A stretch of 64,000 nucleotides of DNA, from the NCBI GenBank assembly GCA_965243205.1, contig CBDEUK010000001.1:224001-288000 (forward strand), read 5' to 3'. The DNA comes from Gammaproteobacteria bacterium. Lineage in GTDB: Bacteria; Pseudomonadota; Gammaproteobacteria; Eutrophobiales; Eutrophobiaceae. Every line of letters begins with the position of its first letter. Position 1 is the stretch's first letter. The notes under the pieces were generated by a model. It ran no database searches. It worked only from the letters and a program-made list of their open reading frames with translations, and was not told the origin of the DNA. This document shows, piece by piece, positions 9,455-18,984 of this stretch. A program made the translations under genes and the position numbers.

Positions 9455-10282
9455 GTGAAGACTAATTTATCTATCTTAAAGAGCTCAATACTTGAGCTTC
9501 AACATTTGGAATTTAATCGAATTTCACCCCAAGCAAACCTTCGACATTGGGTTCAATGTTATTGGTCGATAGGTAACACACCTAAAATTATAAAAAACTC
9601 ACTAAAAGAAAAACTTTACCCAGATGGTGGTGTGAGTTTAGTTTTTAACACTTCACAAAAAGACGATATAGAATTATGGATAAAAGCATCTACTGAAATG
9701 ACATATTCAAATAACATTCGTAATGGCGATATGTTTGGAATACATTTTCAACCTGGTGCTGCAAATAAAATACTTAACTTTACTCCTAATAAAACCATCG
9801 CTATAAAGCTTGATGAAGATGAAATTCGCAGACTTAACTTGAAATCTTTTTGCAATAAAATTAAAACGTCTTCCGTCCAGAAAAAAATTGCCATAATAGA
9901 ACATTGGTTATTACAAAAGATTGAAAATCTAAATCTATCACCCGGTTTTGTACAATTTTTCTGGCCTCAATTAATTCAAGATAAAAATATATCTGGGCTT
10001 ATACTTGAATCAGGAATTAGTCGACGTAAACTTGAACGCTTATTTGAAACTGAGATAGGGTTTTCTCCAGGGCAGCTACGGCAATTATTACGAATAAAAC
10101 TTGCGAGATATTTAATCAAAACTCATCCTAGACTTTCACTTACTGATATTGCCTTAAAAAGCGGTTATTTTGATCAAGCACATTTTAATCGGCATTTTTT
10201 CTCTATCGTAAAAGAAACACCTGGAAAATATCGAAAACGACAAAAGCAACGGCGTGAGTTGGGCCAACTCATCGTCAATTGA
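9455..10282 (+). CDS. AraC family transcriptional regulator
   Basis: LYPDGG N-domain; RKLERLF..EIGFSP and LTDIA..SGYFDQAHFNRHF. Confidence 0.9.
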   Translation: MKTNLSILKSSILELQHLEFNRISPQANLRHWVQCYWSIGNTPKIIKNSLKEKLYPDGGVSLVFNTSQKDDIELWIKASTEMTYSNNIRNGDMFGIHFQPGAANKILNFTPNKTIAIKLDEDEIRRLNLKSFCNKIKTSSVQKKIAIIEHWLLQKIENLNLSPGFVQFFWPQLIQDKNISGLILESGISRRKLERLFETEIGFSPGQLRQLLRIKLARYLIKTHPRLSLTDIALKSGYFDQAHFNRHFFSIVKETPGKYRKRQKQRRELGQLIVN

Positions 10283-10360
10283 CGCAAATATACAATTACT
10301 TCTTAGATTAATCGCTTAATCTAGACTTACAAACTTTACTAGATTAAAGGTTATTTTAGT

Positions 10361-10825
10361 ATGGATTGTCGAATAACACCTGAAAAATTATTTCAAATAC
10401 AACCCAAAGCCTCTGAAACACTTCATGAACTTGATGCTATTGTTAAAGAAAGTGGCCTTGATGAAATCTTAACAACACTTGTTCGTATTAGGGCATCTCA
10501 AATCAATAATTGTGGTTTTTGTTTAGATATGCATTTTAAAGAGGCCAGAATGTTAAAAATTGATCAACAAAAATTAGATATTTTATCGGCATGGCAAGAG
10601 CTACCTTTTTTTTCACAACGTGAAAGAGCGGCTTTAGCCTTATGTGAGCAAATAACAACATTACAAAATAAAAAAGAATTTAACGTTTTATTTCATCAGC
10701 TTGAACAGGTATTTACACAAGAAGAAATTGTAAATTTAACTATAATAATTGTGACCATAAACAGTTGGAATCGAATCGTCGCTTGCATGAATTTTATCCC
10801 TGAGCGCATTAATATTGAAACTTAA
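10361..10825 (+). CDS. Carboxymuconolactone decarboxylase / AhpD family protein
   Basis: RASQINNCGFCLDMH, ERAALALCE, INSWNRI. Confidence 0.9.
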   Translation: MDCRITPEKLFQIQPKASETLHELDAIVKESGLDEILTTLVRIRASQINNCGFCLDMHFKEARMLKIDQQKLDILSAWQELPFFSQRERAALALCEQITTLQNKKEFNVLFHQLEQVFTQEEIVNLTIIIVTINSWNRIVACMNFIPERINIET

Positions 10826-10837
10826 CCGGAGAATTCA

Positions 10838-11230
10838 ATGAAACTAAAATTATTTTCTATTTTCTTTTTATTAAGCAGTTTTCTCACTAGCACTATAGTC
10901 TTTTCTAGTGAAGTGAGTCCATTACTCAGTAAACTAATTCCTGAAAGCAGTGAAAAAGAAGTGCAAATTTTGAAAGTGACATTATTACCTGGTGAAAATT
11001 CGCCTATCCATAAACATGACGCTCAAACATTTGTGTATGTATTATCTGGTAAAATTGCTATGGCTGTGAATAATCAAGATCCAACTATTTTAGAACCAGG
11101 CGATACCTTTTATGAATCTCCAAATGATATACATACAATAACGCGCAATTTAGATAATGATAAAAAAGCTGTGATGTTAGTTTTCTTTATAAAAGAACCT
11201 GGTGCGCCCTCGCTGAAACCAGTAAAATAA
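10838..11230 (+). CDS. Exported cupin domain protein
   Basis: Signal peptide; PIHKH..FVYVLSG, PGDTFYE...H. Confidence 0.85.
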   Translation: MKLKLFSIFFLLSSFLTSTIVFSSEVSPLLSKLIPESSEKEVQILKVTLLPGENSPIHKHDAQTFVYVLSGKIAMAVNNQDPTILEPGDTFYESPNDIHTITRNLDNDKKAVMLVFFIKEPGAPSLKPVK

Positions 11231-11283
11231 ATAGAAGTTCGAAAATATTTTTATTACATTGCTAGTCTGATAATCTTTTATCA

Positions 11284-11886
11284 ATGAGACTCTTAACTCT
11301 TCTAATTATCATTATTTTTTTCTCTTCATGTGCTATCAGTCCTAAAACATATGAACAGTATCTCGATAAGGAAGGTCTTGACGCTCAACTCCCTAATAAC
11401 TTCCAACATTGTCATGGTTATGGCTGCAAATTTAAAACAATCATTCAATTTACTCAAAAAGATTGGGAACCTATTGAGTCTATTTTTACGCCATTGCCAC
11501 AAACAGCAACACAAGAGCGTGACGCAATTAAACAAGCTATAGCGATTTTTGAGAACCGTGTTGGTCAGATTGCTGGAACAGAATTCGACATTGCAGGAAC
11601 TTTTAAAAAGACGGGCAAATACCAGCTTGATTGTGTTGATGAAAGCACAAATACCACGATTTATCTTTCCCTACTTCAAAAAAAACAATTATTGCAACTG
11701 CATCAAATTGAAGCACCACATGTACGTATCCCAATAATCCATTCAGGTCGTTGGCCTCATCAAAGCGCAGTAATAAACGAAAAAGGTACAGACCATTATT
11801 TTGTTGTTGATAGTTGGTTTCATAATAATGGAATAGCTCCAGAAATCATTTCTTTAAAAGAGTGGAAACAAGGTTGGGAACCTTAA
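11284..11886 (+). CDS. Hypothetical lipoprotein with a possible transglutaminase-like Cys-His-Asp triad
   Basis: Lipobox FSSC; CHGYGC; DCVDES, PHQSAV, VVDSW. Confidence 0.65.
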   Translation: MRLLTLLIIIIFFSSCAISPKTYEQYLDKEGLDAQLPNNFQHCHGYGCKFKTIIQFTQKDWEPIESIFTPLPQTATQERDAIKQAIAIFENRVGQIAGTEFDIAGTFKKTGKYQLDCVDESTNTTIYLSLLQKKQLLQLHQIEAPHVRIPIIHSGRWPHQSAVINEKGTDHYFVVDSWFHNNGIAPEIISLKEWKQGWEP

Positions 11887-11943
11887 ATTTATAGAGAATT
11901 TTTGGTGGAGAGAGACTGCTTATAAAGTAATTCTCTTCATATA

Positions 11944-12936
11944 TTATGGAAGTTCATCCACATTTTCGCTTGTTACTAATCGAGCTGGTACATAAATATT
12001 GCGAGGTAAAGATACTTTATTTCTTAATCGGTCAACCATCTTTTCAATACTTAACTTCCCTATCTGTACAGGATCTTGAATAACCGTAGCATCTAATCGA
12101 CCTTCTCGAATCATATTTTGCATGGTCTTATCCATATCAAATCCAACTAAGAGTGGTCTAAAACCATAAGATTCAGCTGTTTCTACACTAGCAATTGACG
12201 CATCTGCAAAACAGGAGAATACAGCAGCTATATTCTCACCATTAGATGAAAATTCAGAAATTGCATCTCTCACTGAATAAATTGATGCCCACCCTTTGGA
12301 ATAAAATACTTTTGTATGATAACCAGCATCAGACAATATACTTTTAGGTGTTAAGCTACGAATAATTGCTGTGTATTGAATTTCATCACCACATAGGATG
12401 ATAATTTGCTTTGCGCTGATTTTTTGCTTCTTTAGTCGACTCTGAATATATAGGGAAGCCATTTCTGCTGCTTCATGCTCATTGGTACTAATAGATGTTA
12501 AAACCCAATTATGAGAGAGATTTGAATTTACAGCGATAACAGGAATATTTTTTTCTTGGAAAATTGAAATAGAATCACTAATTTTGTCTGATACCGCACC
12601 GATAATCATGCCATCTATATCGAGACTAGCTGCATGTTCCAGATTTTGTAGTTGTGTTGAAAGAGCAAAATCTTTCCCAGTAAAATCAATCACCACAACA
12701 TCTTGTTGTTGAGCATTTAAAAACAAAGATCCTTTAAGCTTTTTCCAATAATCTACAGATGTTGGACTACCGCTATAGCCGATAATTAATTTGCGATCAG
12801 CTGGCTTATTATGTGAGTCAGCCTGTACTGTCATCAGTATATTAACCAGTAGAAATACAACAAATAGCCTAAGGCTAGTTATCGATACTCTACTCACTAT
12901 AAAATATAATTCACACCAACTTAGCATAGTATGCAA
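11944..12936 (-). CDS. Sugar-type (RbsB-like) periplasmic binding protein
   Basis: NIPVIAVN, LVGFD, LDATVIQDPVQIG, LVTSENV; true start probably downstream of the listed one. Confidence 0.85.
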   Translation of the reverse strand: MHTMLSWCELYFIVSRVSITSLRLFVVFLLVNILMTVQADSHNKPADRKLIIGYSGSPTSVDYWKKLKGSLFLNAQQQDVVVIDFTGKDFALSTQLQNLEHAASLDIDGMIIGAVSDKISDSISIFQEKNIPVIAVNSNLSHNWVLTSISTNEHEAAEMASLYIQSRLKKQKISAKQIIILCGDEIQYTAIIRSLTPKSILSDAGYHTKVFYSKGWASIYSVRDAISEFSSNGENIAAVFSCFADASIASVETAESYGFRPLLVGFDMDKTMQNMIREGRLDATVIQDPVQIGKLSIEKMVDRLRNKVSLPRNIYVPARLVTSENVDELP

Positions 12937-14947
12937 ACTCTTCGGCTGGTAGTGGTTTACTGAAATAGTAGCCCTGTACTTTTAAAGAAGGCACTTTCAT
13001 TGTGGAAATAATATTTAGTTGAGCTTTATTCTCCACGCCTTCAACCACCACATTAAAATTTAATGCCTGTGCCATAGATATAATAGCTTTAACAAATAAT
13101 TGGTGCTCAAGCTTTTCCCTATCCATTCCATTAACAAATGATCGGTCGATTTTTAGAGCGGAAGGTTTTAGCATATTTAACCTACTTAATGATGAATAAC
13201 CGACACCAAAATCATCTACCACTATACTAATCCCCATATTATTAAGTGAGTTAGTTGTTTTAATAACCTGCTCAGGCTGGTTTATCGTGGTCGTTTCCGT
13301 TATCTCGATTTCTAAATTGGATGGAGATAAACTTGTATCAGTCAAAATCTTCTTGATAGTGCTAATTAGATTCGGATTGATAAAGTCTAGCGAAGAAAGA
13401 TTCACAGCTATTTTTGTTTCCGTTGATAATCCTTTTCGTAACCATTCCGACATTTGTTTACAAGCTTTTTGCAAGATAAGTTCACTTAATGACTCGATAA
13501 AACCTACCTCTTCTGCAATGGTAATAAATTTATCAGGAGCTATAGCTCCCAAAGTTGGATGTTCCCACCGTGCAAGTGCTTCAATCCCACAAACCTCACC
13601 ACTTGAAAGTAATATTTGTGGCTGATAATGCAGATCGATACTTTCATCAATAATCGCTTGTCTAAGGCTAGACTCTATAGTTAGGCGCTCACGGTACTGT
13701 AATTGAAGCTCATGATTATAAAATTCGTATTGGTTTCCTCCAATTTTTTTTGCATGATACATAGCGCGATCAGCATTATTAATTAATGTTTCTACATCTT
13801 CTCCATCTCCAGGGTATAGAGCGATTCCTATACTGAGCGATATATATATTTGGCGTTGTTTAATATTGAATGGATGCTCAAATAAGTTAAACAATTTTTC
13901 ACAGAAAATCGCAATGCTTCTTTCTGTATAATTATCACTTAACAACAATGTAAACTCGTCACCACTTATACGGGCTAGAGTATCTGATTTACGTATTTTG
14001 GTGCACATGCGATCGGCGACTTGCTGCAAAAGAGCATCGCCCGTGTCATGTCCATAATTATCATTGACATATTTAAACTTATTTAGATCCAGAAAGAGTA
14101 CTGCGAGAGTTAAGTTTTTTCGTTTCGCAGTACTTAACATTTGTTCAAACCTATCTATAAATAATCTTCTGCTAGGTAGCTTGGTTAACTCATCAAAATA
14201 TGCAAGCTTATTAAGTTCTTTTTCTCGTATTTCAAGTGAACTCGCTAAACTGGTTATGGTTCGACTAAAATCTCCAATTTCATCTTGACGGTTTAGTAAT
14301 GGAAGATCTTTTAATTGTTTATGTTTGATATGATTGGATAATAGCTCAATCGGTGTAGCAATACTGTGCCCTACTTTTCTAGCACCTAGCAATCCTATTG
14401 ATAAAAAAACAAGTAGAAAAAAACTTCCGTTAATTAATATCTGAGCCTTTTCTTTGTTAAATTGGTTTGAAGAAAAAACCATTATGGTACGACCTAGGTT
14501 TTTTTCTTGCATTTTAAAGGGGATATTTACAGTAATATGACTGTTATCTAGATGGAGTGTTTTATCCTGGTTTAAATTAATGGTATCGACTTTTCCGTGC
14601 CTTAATATTTCCTTACCTTCATTATTGATGAAACATATGCCTAATAATTCTTTATGTGTATTTATCAAATAAGGTATCTGAGTTTTTTCCTTTGAAAGAA
14701 GTGCAACCGTTAAATATAGATTTATAGACCTATCTTCATCAGGCAACTCAGAACGGATTGCATCATAGAAAGGAGAAATTATGGTTTGTGCTTCATTGAT
14801 TATTTTATCTTTCTGAGCACCTACGTACTGGAAATAAATGACCATGGTATAGCCAAGTACAATAATGCTTACCAATAAAAGTACATCGATAGAGAGCTGG
14901 CGTTTGATACTGAGAGAGCTAGCTAAATACTGATATAGTTTTAACAT
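12911..14947 (-). CDS. Membrane-bound HAMP-GGDEF-EAL c-di-GMP enzyme
   Basis: Two TM; DEIG; FKYVNDNYGH; RKSD I-site; SGDEF; EAL; DDFGVGYSS; VEGVE; QGYYFSKP. Confidence 0.93.
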   Translation of the reverse strand: MLKLYQYLASSLSIKRQLSIDVLLLVSIIVLGYTMVIYFQYVGAQKDKIINEAQTIISPFYDAIRSELPDEDRSINLYLTVALLSKEKTQIPYLINTHKELLGICFINNEGKEILRHGKVDTINLNQDKTLHLDNSHITVNIPFKMQEKNLGRTIMVFSSNQFNKEKAQILINGSFFLLVFLSIGLLGARKVGHSIATPIELLSNHIKHKQLKDLPLLNRQDEIGDFSRTITSLASSLEIREKELNKLAYFDELTKLPSRRLFIDRFEQMLSTAKRKNLTLAVLFLDLNKFKYVNDNYGHDTGDALLQQVADRMCTKIRKSDTLARISGDEFTLLLSDNYTERSIAIFCEKLFNLFEHPFNIKQRQIYISLSIGIALYPGDGEDVETLINNADRAMYHAKKIGGNQYEFYNHELQLQYRERLTIESSLRQAIIDESIDLHYQPQILLSSGEVCGIEALARWEHPTLGAIAPDKFITIAEEVGFIESLSELILQKACKQMSEWLRKGLSTETKIAVNLSSLDFINPNLISTIKKILTDTSLSPSNLEIEITETTTINQPEQVIKTTNSLNNMGISIVVDDFGVGYSSLSRLNMLKPSALKIDRSFVNGMDREKLEHQLFVKAIISMAQALNFNVVVEGVENKAQLNIISTMKVPSLKVQGYYFSKPLPAEEFAYYAKLV

Positions 14948-15245
14948 ACTCTAAGTTTAGCTTAAAAATCTATCTCGATATCATATATCTATAACAAATC
15001 CTCTATATTTTTCTTTCATAAAGACAAATTTGTCTAAAAATTATTCAACGATATCGTATTTTTTCAATTTAAAAAATCATATGGAAACTTTTGGAAATCG
15101 TTATAGAGACGATTGGTTAATTTTGAAAATTTTATAGAGAGAAAATTTGGTATGGGGAGCTATTTGTGTGTCTATTAGACGTAATTCTCTAATCATTTTA
15201 AAAAAGTATTTTATGTGTCGAGAGACTTTTTCAGGTAAGACTTAT

Positions 15246-15336
15246 TGGCGGAGAGAGAGGGATTCGAACCCTCGATACGCTATAAACGTATACACACTTT
15301 CCAGGCGTGCGCCTTCAACCACTCAGCCACCTCTCC
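15246..15336 (-). tRNA. tRNA-Ser (GGA)
   Basis: GGAGAGGTGGCTGAGTGG...CT-GGA-AA, long variable arm, GTTCGAATC, CCA end. Confidence 0.97.
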
Positions 15337-15417
15337 GAAATAAAGCGAGAAAGTACAGCAAAATTGTATTAGCTGCAACGAATAGAAAAAGAATTTATTG
15401 ATCTTATGAAAAAACGT

Positions 15418-15825
15418 CTAGATCTGATAAGAATGTTGTAGTTGATTTGCTTTTTGTTTAAGGCTTAACATTAATTCAACCTCACCTTTTGTCAAATCAC
15501 AATCATCCAACATATCATGTTTGCTAGCACCATGATTAATTAATGCCATCATCTGTTTATAAGGAGGTGTAGTATGATTATCTTTATTAAGCTCAATTTT
15601 TTCTTGTCGTTCTTGTATATAACGAAATTCATCTTCTTGGTTATGGAGTTTTTCACCCACACCACGCGCGCATATTAAAAGAGCCTGTAAATCATTCTCT
15701 AGAGATTTCATTTTTTTCTGTTGTTTTTGATAGCGTTGCTTGAATTTCACATACGCTAAAAATTGGCATAGTAAGATGAGAACTAATGATTGAAAAAATA
15801 CTGCCATACTTATTTCGATTATCAT
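15418..15825 (-). CDS. DUF2802-like membrane protein at the end of the chemotaxis operon
   Basis: N-terminal TM, coiled coil, C-terminal HGA...CDLTKGEVELM; position after cheW. Confidence 0.75.
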   Translation of the reverse strand: MIIEISMAVFFQSLVLILLCQFLAYVKFKQRYQKQQKKMKSLENDLQALLICARGVGEKLHNQEDEFRYIQERQEKIELNKDNHTTPPYKQMMALINHGASKHDMLDDCDLTKGEVELMLSLKQKANQLQHSYQI

Positions 15826-15835
15826 ATTAAATACC

Positions 15836-16012
15836 CTATATATATTCGTTTATTGTATGGTCACCAATATCGTTTTCTTTAGAATTTTCTTTTTCAGACT
15901 GTTTATCTTTTTTAGATTCTTCTTGTTTATCTTTTTTCACGCGTTTTTGAACTTTTTTTAGCGGAACAATTGCTTGCGATGGCTGAATTTCGCGAAAAGC
16001 GTTCATATCCAT
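15836..16012 (-). CDS. Unannotated 58-aa charged protein (MDMNAFREIQP...GDHTINEYI)
   Basis: ATG overlaps the cheW stop (TAATG); ORF fills the cheW-DUF2802 gap; translated by hand. Confidence 0.65.
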   Translation of the reverse strand: MDMNAFREIQPSQAIVPLKKVQKRVKKDKQEESKKDKQSEKENSKENDIGDHTINEYI

Positions 16013-16500
16013 TAAAAATTAGAGACTTCCTCTAATTCTTCCTGAGAAAGTAATTTATTTACATCCACTAAAATTAATATCTCTTCACCACGACTATGAA
16101 CACCCTGGATGTATTTCGAACTAGGATCACTATCGTTACCTAAATTAGGTGTCGATTCGATTTCAGAAGAGCGGAGATTAACGACTTCAGCAACTCTATC
16201 AACTAAAATACCAATCACTTGTTCATTAACCTCCAAAATAACAATTCTAGTTGAGTCTGTAACTTCATTGGCAACTAAACCAAAACGTTTACGAGTATCT
16301 ATCACCGTAACAACGTTACCACGTAAATTAATAATACCGAGAACATAATCTGGTGCGCCAGGAACAGGGGCTATTTCAGTTAGCCGTAGTACTTCCTGAA
16401 CCTGCATCACATTCACGCCATATATTTCATCGGTTAACCAAAACGTAACCCATTGGAAAACATCTTCAAGTTTGGAAGTGTCATTGGCTAAACTGGTCAT
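16012..16500 (-). CDS. cheW: Chemotaxis coupling protein CheW
   Basis: YGVNVMQVQEVLR, VPGAPDYVLGIINLRG. Confidence 0.95.
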   Translation of the reverse strand: MTSLANDTSKLEDVFQWVTFWLTDEIYGVNVMQVQEVLRLTEIAPVPGAPDYVLGIINLRGNVVTVIDTRKRFGLVANEVTDSTRIVILEVNEQVIGILVDRVAEVVNLRSSEIESTPNLGNDSDPSSKYIQGVHSRGEEILILVDVNKLLSQEELEEVSNF

Positions 16501-16555
16501 GTAAAACTCCTAAAAATGTCAAATTACCGTGATACTTTTTTCTATATAGTAATAA

Positions 16556-16571
16556 AGCATGCTCTGTGCCA
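16556..16571 (-). promoter_or_regulatory. Sigma54 promoter for cheW
   Basis: TGGCACAGAGCATGCT (GG-N10-GC). Confidence 0.7.
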
Positions 16572-16592
16572 ATAATTGGCAAAATATACGTC

Positions 16593-17192
16593 TTAACCGT
16601 CTGATTTGTAACCTCTTAAAAACAAACGTTTAATTTCACTGGTACTGAGAATAACCGACATATCTTCAGTATGAATTCCCTTAAACCAGCGCTGATTTGG
16701 CTTAGACTTGCGCCATTTAATTTTCTCTTTTTTAACCGTTGTAATACTCGATACGTCATCACACGCTATGCTCGATCGTTCATCATTGAAGATAATGATG
16801 TGATTAATATTTGATATATCCAAATGATTGTTTGGTGGTTGCAAAGAACCGTCTGAATTTAACGCCCAATAAATATTATTAACGGCAATATTTTTACCCT
16901 GATATTGATAATAGCCAATGGTGTATGGCTTCATCTCTGGAAGTTGCAGTAAAGAATCAGTCTTTATTTCAACAACTCCTTTTAGATCTTTTACTGGTAC
17001 AGCTAATTTATGTCCCTCGATAGAAAAAAATAATAAATCTATTTCGGTAAGTTCTATTGGCTTAGTTTTAGTTTCAGTTTCTTTTTCCTCTATCTCAGGA
17101 ACCGATTGTTCACGAAATAACGTTTCTAAATAAAACGATAAAGCTTCTCTTGATTCAAGTATTTCAGTTTTTTCTATATCAATAGCTTTCAT
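16593..17192 (-). CDS. CheW-like domain protein (ParP-like)
   Basis: LLFFSIEGHKLAVPV, IKWRK..RWFKG; follows parA as in Vibrio parC-parP. Confidence 0.7.
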   Translation of the reverse strand: MKAIDIEKTEILESREALSFYLETLFREQSVPEIEEKETETKTKPIELTEIDLLFFSIEGHKLAVPVKDLKGVVEIKTDSLLQLPEMKPYTIGYYQYQGKNIAVNNIYWALNSDGSLQPPNNHLDISNINHIIIFNDERSSIACDDVSSITTVKKEKIKWRKSKPNQRWFKGIHTEDMSVILSTSEIKRLFLRGYKSDG

Positions 17193-18000
17193 TGGAATCT
17201 ACAATTTCTAATTTTGTACCTGCTTTATCTTCATCACCATAAGTTAGCTTATTTAATAGCTTTTCATACGCTAAAGTACCTTTAGTATTCGGATAAATAA
17301 AATTAATGGGTTCTCCAACTTGACTAGCCTGACGAAACTTAGTGTCAATTGGAATAAGTCCATCCCATAGATGATCTGGAAAAACGATGTGTAAATGTTC
17401 GTAGCCATCTTGTGAAGCTTTGGTTCTCTGATCATACATCGTTGGCACAACAATATAATCCATAGAATGTTTACCCGACATAGTAATCATCTTTAGGGTA
17501 TTTAACATTCGTTCTAAACCTTTAATGGCAAGATATTCCGTTTGTACGGGTATGATTAATTTTTCACAAGCCGCTAAGGCATTGATCATTAAAATACCTA
17601 AAGTGGGTGGACAATCAATCAATACATAATCAAAATATTTTTCATATTGATGCAATGTTTGTTTAATAACCAAACCCATGCCTTCTTTCGCACCTAAGTG
17701 TCTATCTAACGAAATCAAAGAAGTACTGGCAGGCAATAAGTTTAAGTTATCGTATTGTGTATGACATAGAATGGATGCTAAAGGAATGCGAGCATTAGCA
17801 GCTTTCTTTTCAAATAAGGCATAAACACTTTCTTCAATTGTATCGGGATCGTATCCAAAGTAACTGGTCATTGAACCGTGAGGATCCAAATCGATCATTA
17901 ATACTCGAAACCCACGCTCCACTAATAAACCTGATAAGGAAACCGATGTCGTTGTCTTTCCTACACCACCTTTTTGATTTGCAACTGTCCATATCTTCAT
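17179..18000 (-). CDS. ParA family ATPase (chemotaxis ParC-like)
   Basis: NQKGGVGKTT, DLDPHG, DCPP, IPVQTE. Confidence 0.9.
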   Translation of the reverse strand: MKIWTVANQKGGVGKTTTSVSLSGLLVERGFRVLMIDLDPHGSMTSYFGYDPDTIEESVYALFEKKAANARIPLASILCHTQYDNLNLLPASTSLISLDRHLGAKEGMGLVIKQTLHQYEKYFDYVLIDCPPTLGILMINALAACEKLIIPVQTEYLAIKGLERMLNTLKMITMSGKHSMDYIVVPTMYDQRTKASQDGYEHLHIVFPDHLWDGLIPIDTKFRQASQVGEPINFIYPNTKGTLAYEKLLNKLTYGDEDKAGTKLEIVDSNESY

Positions 18001-18938
18001 GGTGTTGGTTCCAATTGAATACGCTTTTGGCCAGACGGGCCAGATTGCATTTCAGTCGTACCAGTATCAATAACATGGCCTGTGGTATCAGCTGTAGGAA
18101 TAATGATCGCGACCCGACGATTTTGTTGTCTACCTTCTTCAGTATTGTTATCCGCAATTGGTCTATATTCACCATATCCAACGGCAACCATTCGGCTCGG
18201 TTTGATTCCTACCTTCATTAATAAATGTACAACACTAGCAGCTCTGGCAGCGGATAATTCCCAATTGGAAGGGAATGCAATCGTATTAATCGGCTGGTTG
18301 TCTGTAAAACCTTCAACTTGAATAGGATTAGAAAACTCAATAAAGATTGAAGATAATTTACTCAGAATCGGAATTGCATCTTCATGTAATCGTGCACTGC
18401 CGCTTGGAAATAACACATTGTTTTTAATTTCTACTTCTATCCAATCATCTGATTGCTTTACTGAAACTGCACCTTGGTCAATAAGCTCAGCCAATTCTTG
18501 TTCAAGTTCTTCAGCAATGTCCGCTGCTGATTTTTCCTGGACGATTTCAGTTTCGTTTTGAGTTCCTGAGTTTGATTTTTGATTTGTTATGACTGTTTGT
18601 TGTTGTGGTGACGAACCATCATCGGATTCGATCACATTAACATCTTCAGTAATAGAATCCTGTTTTAGATAATCTAGTTCAATTGGCGAAATTTCATCTT
18701 GCATCACTTGCGTTTGATATTGTTGTTTGTCTTCTTCACCTACATTAGACACTGCCGGTTCATTAAACGCTTCAACAATAGAACTTGCCAATACACGATA
18801 TTTACCTTCATTAACCGATGAAATAGCGTACATAGCAACAAAGAATGCAAATAATAAGGTAATAAAATCCGCATACGAAACCAACCAACGATCAGTGGTC
18901 TCGATCTCAATTTCTTGAATACGGCGTTTTCTTCTCAT
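17997..18938 (-). CDS. motD: Flagellar stator MotD (MotB family)
   Basis: WLVSYADFITLLFAFFV; OmpA-like domain SNWELSAARA, NRRV. Confidence 0.88.
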   Translation of the reverse strand: MRRKRRIQEIEIETTDRWLVSYADFITLLFAFFVAMYAISSVNEGKYRVLASSIVEAFNEPAVSNVGEEDKQQYQTQVMQDEISPIELDYLKQDSITEDVNVIESDDGSSPQQQTVITNQKSNSGTQNETEIVQEKSAADIAEELEQELAELIDQGAVSVKQSDDWIEVEIKNNVLFPSGSARLHEDAIPILSKLSSIFIEFSNPIQVEGFTDNQPINTIAFPSNWELSAARAASVVHLLMKVGIKPSRMVAVGYGEYRPIADNNTEEGRQQNRRVAIIIPTADTTGHVIDTGTTEMQSGPSGQKRIQLEPTP

Positions 18939-18984
18939 AGTAGTACAGTTTTAAACAGATAATATGCACAGTCTGTTCCAATGA

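Noticed and set aside
1-15245. Whole left arm as an active island or prophage at tRNA-Ser
   Set aside because: No integrase, transposase or phage genes seen; only a short degenerate repeat at 11902 is supportable
15147-15401. 84-aa plus-strand ORF
   Set aside because: Antisense shadow of tRNA-Ser
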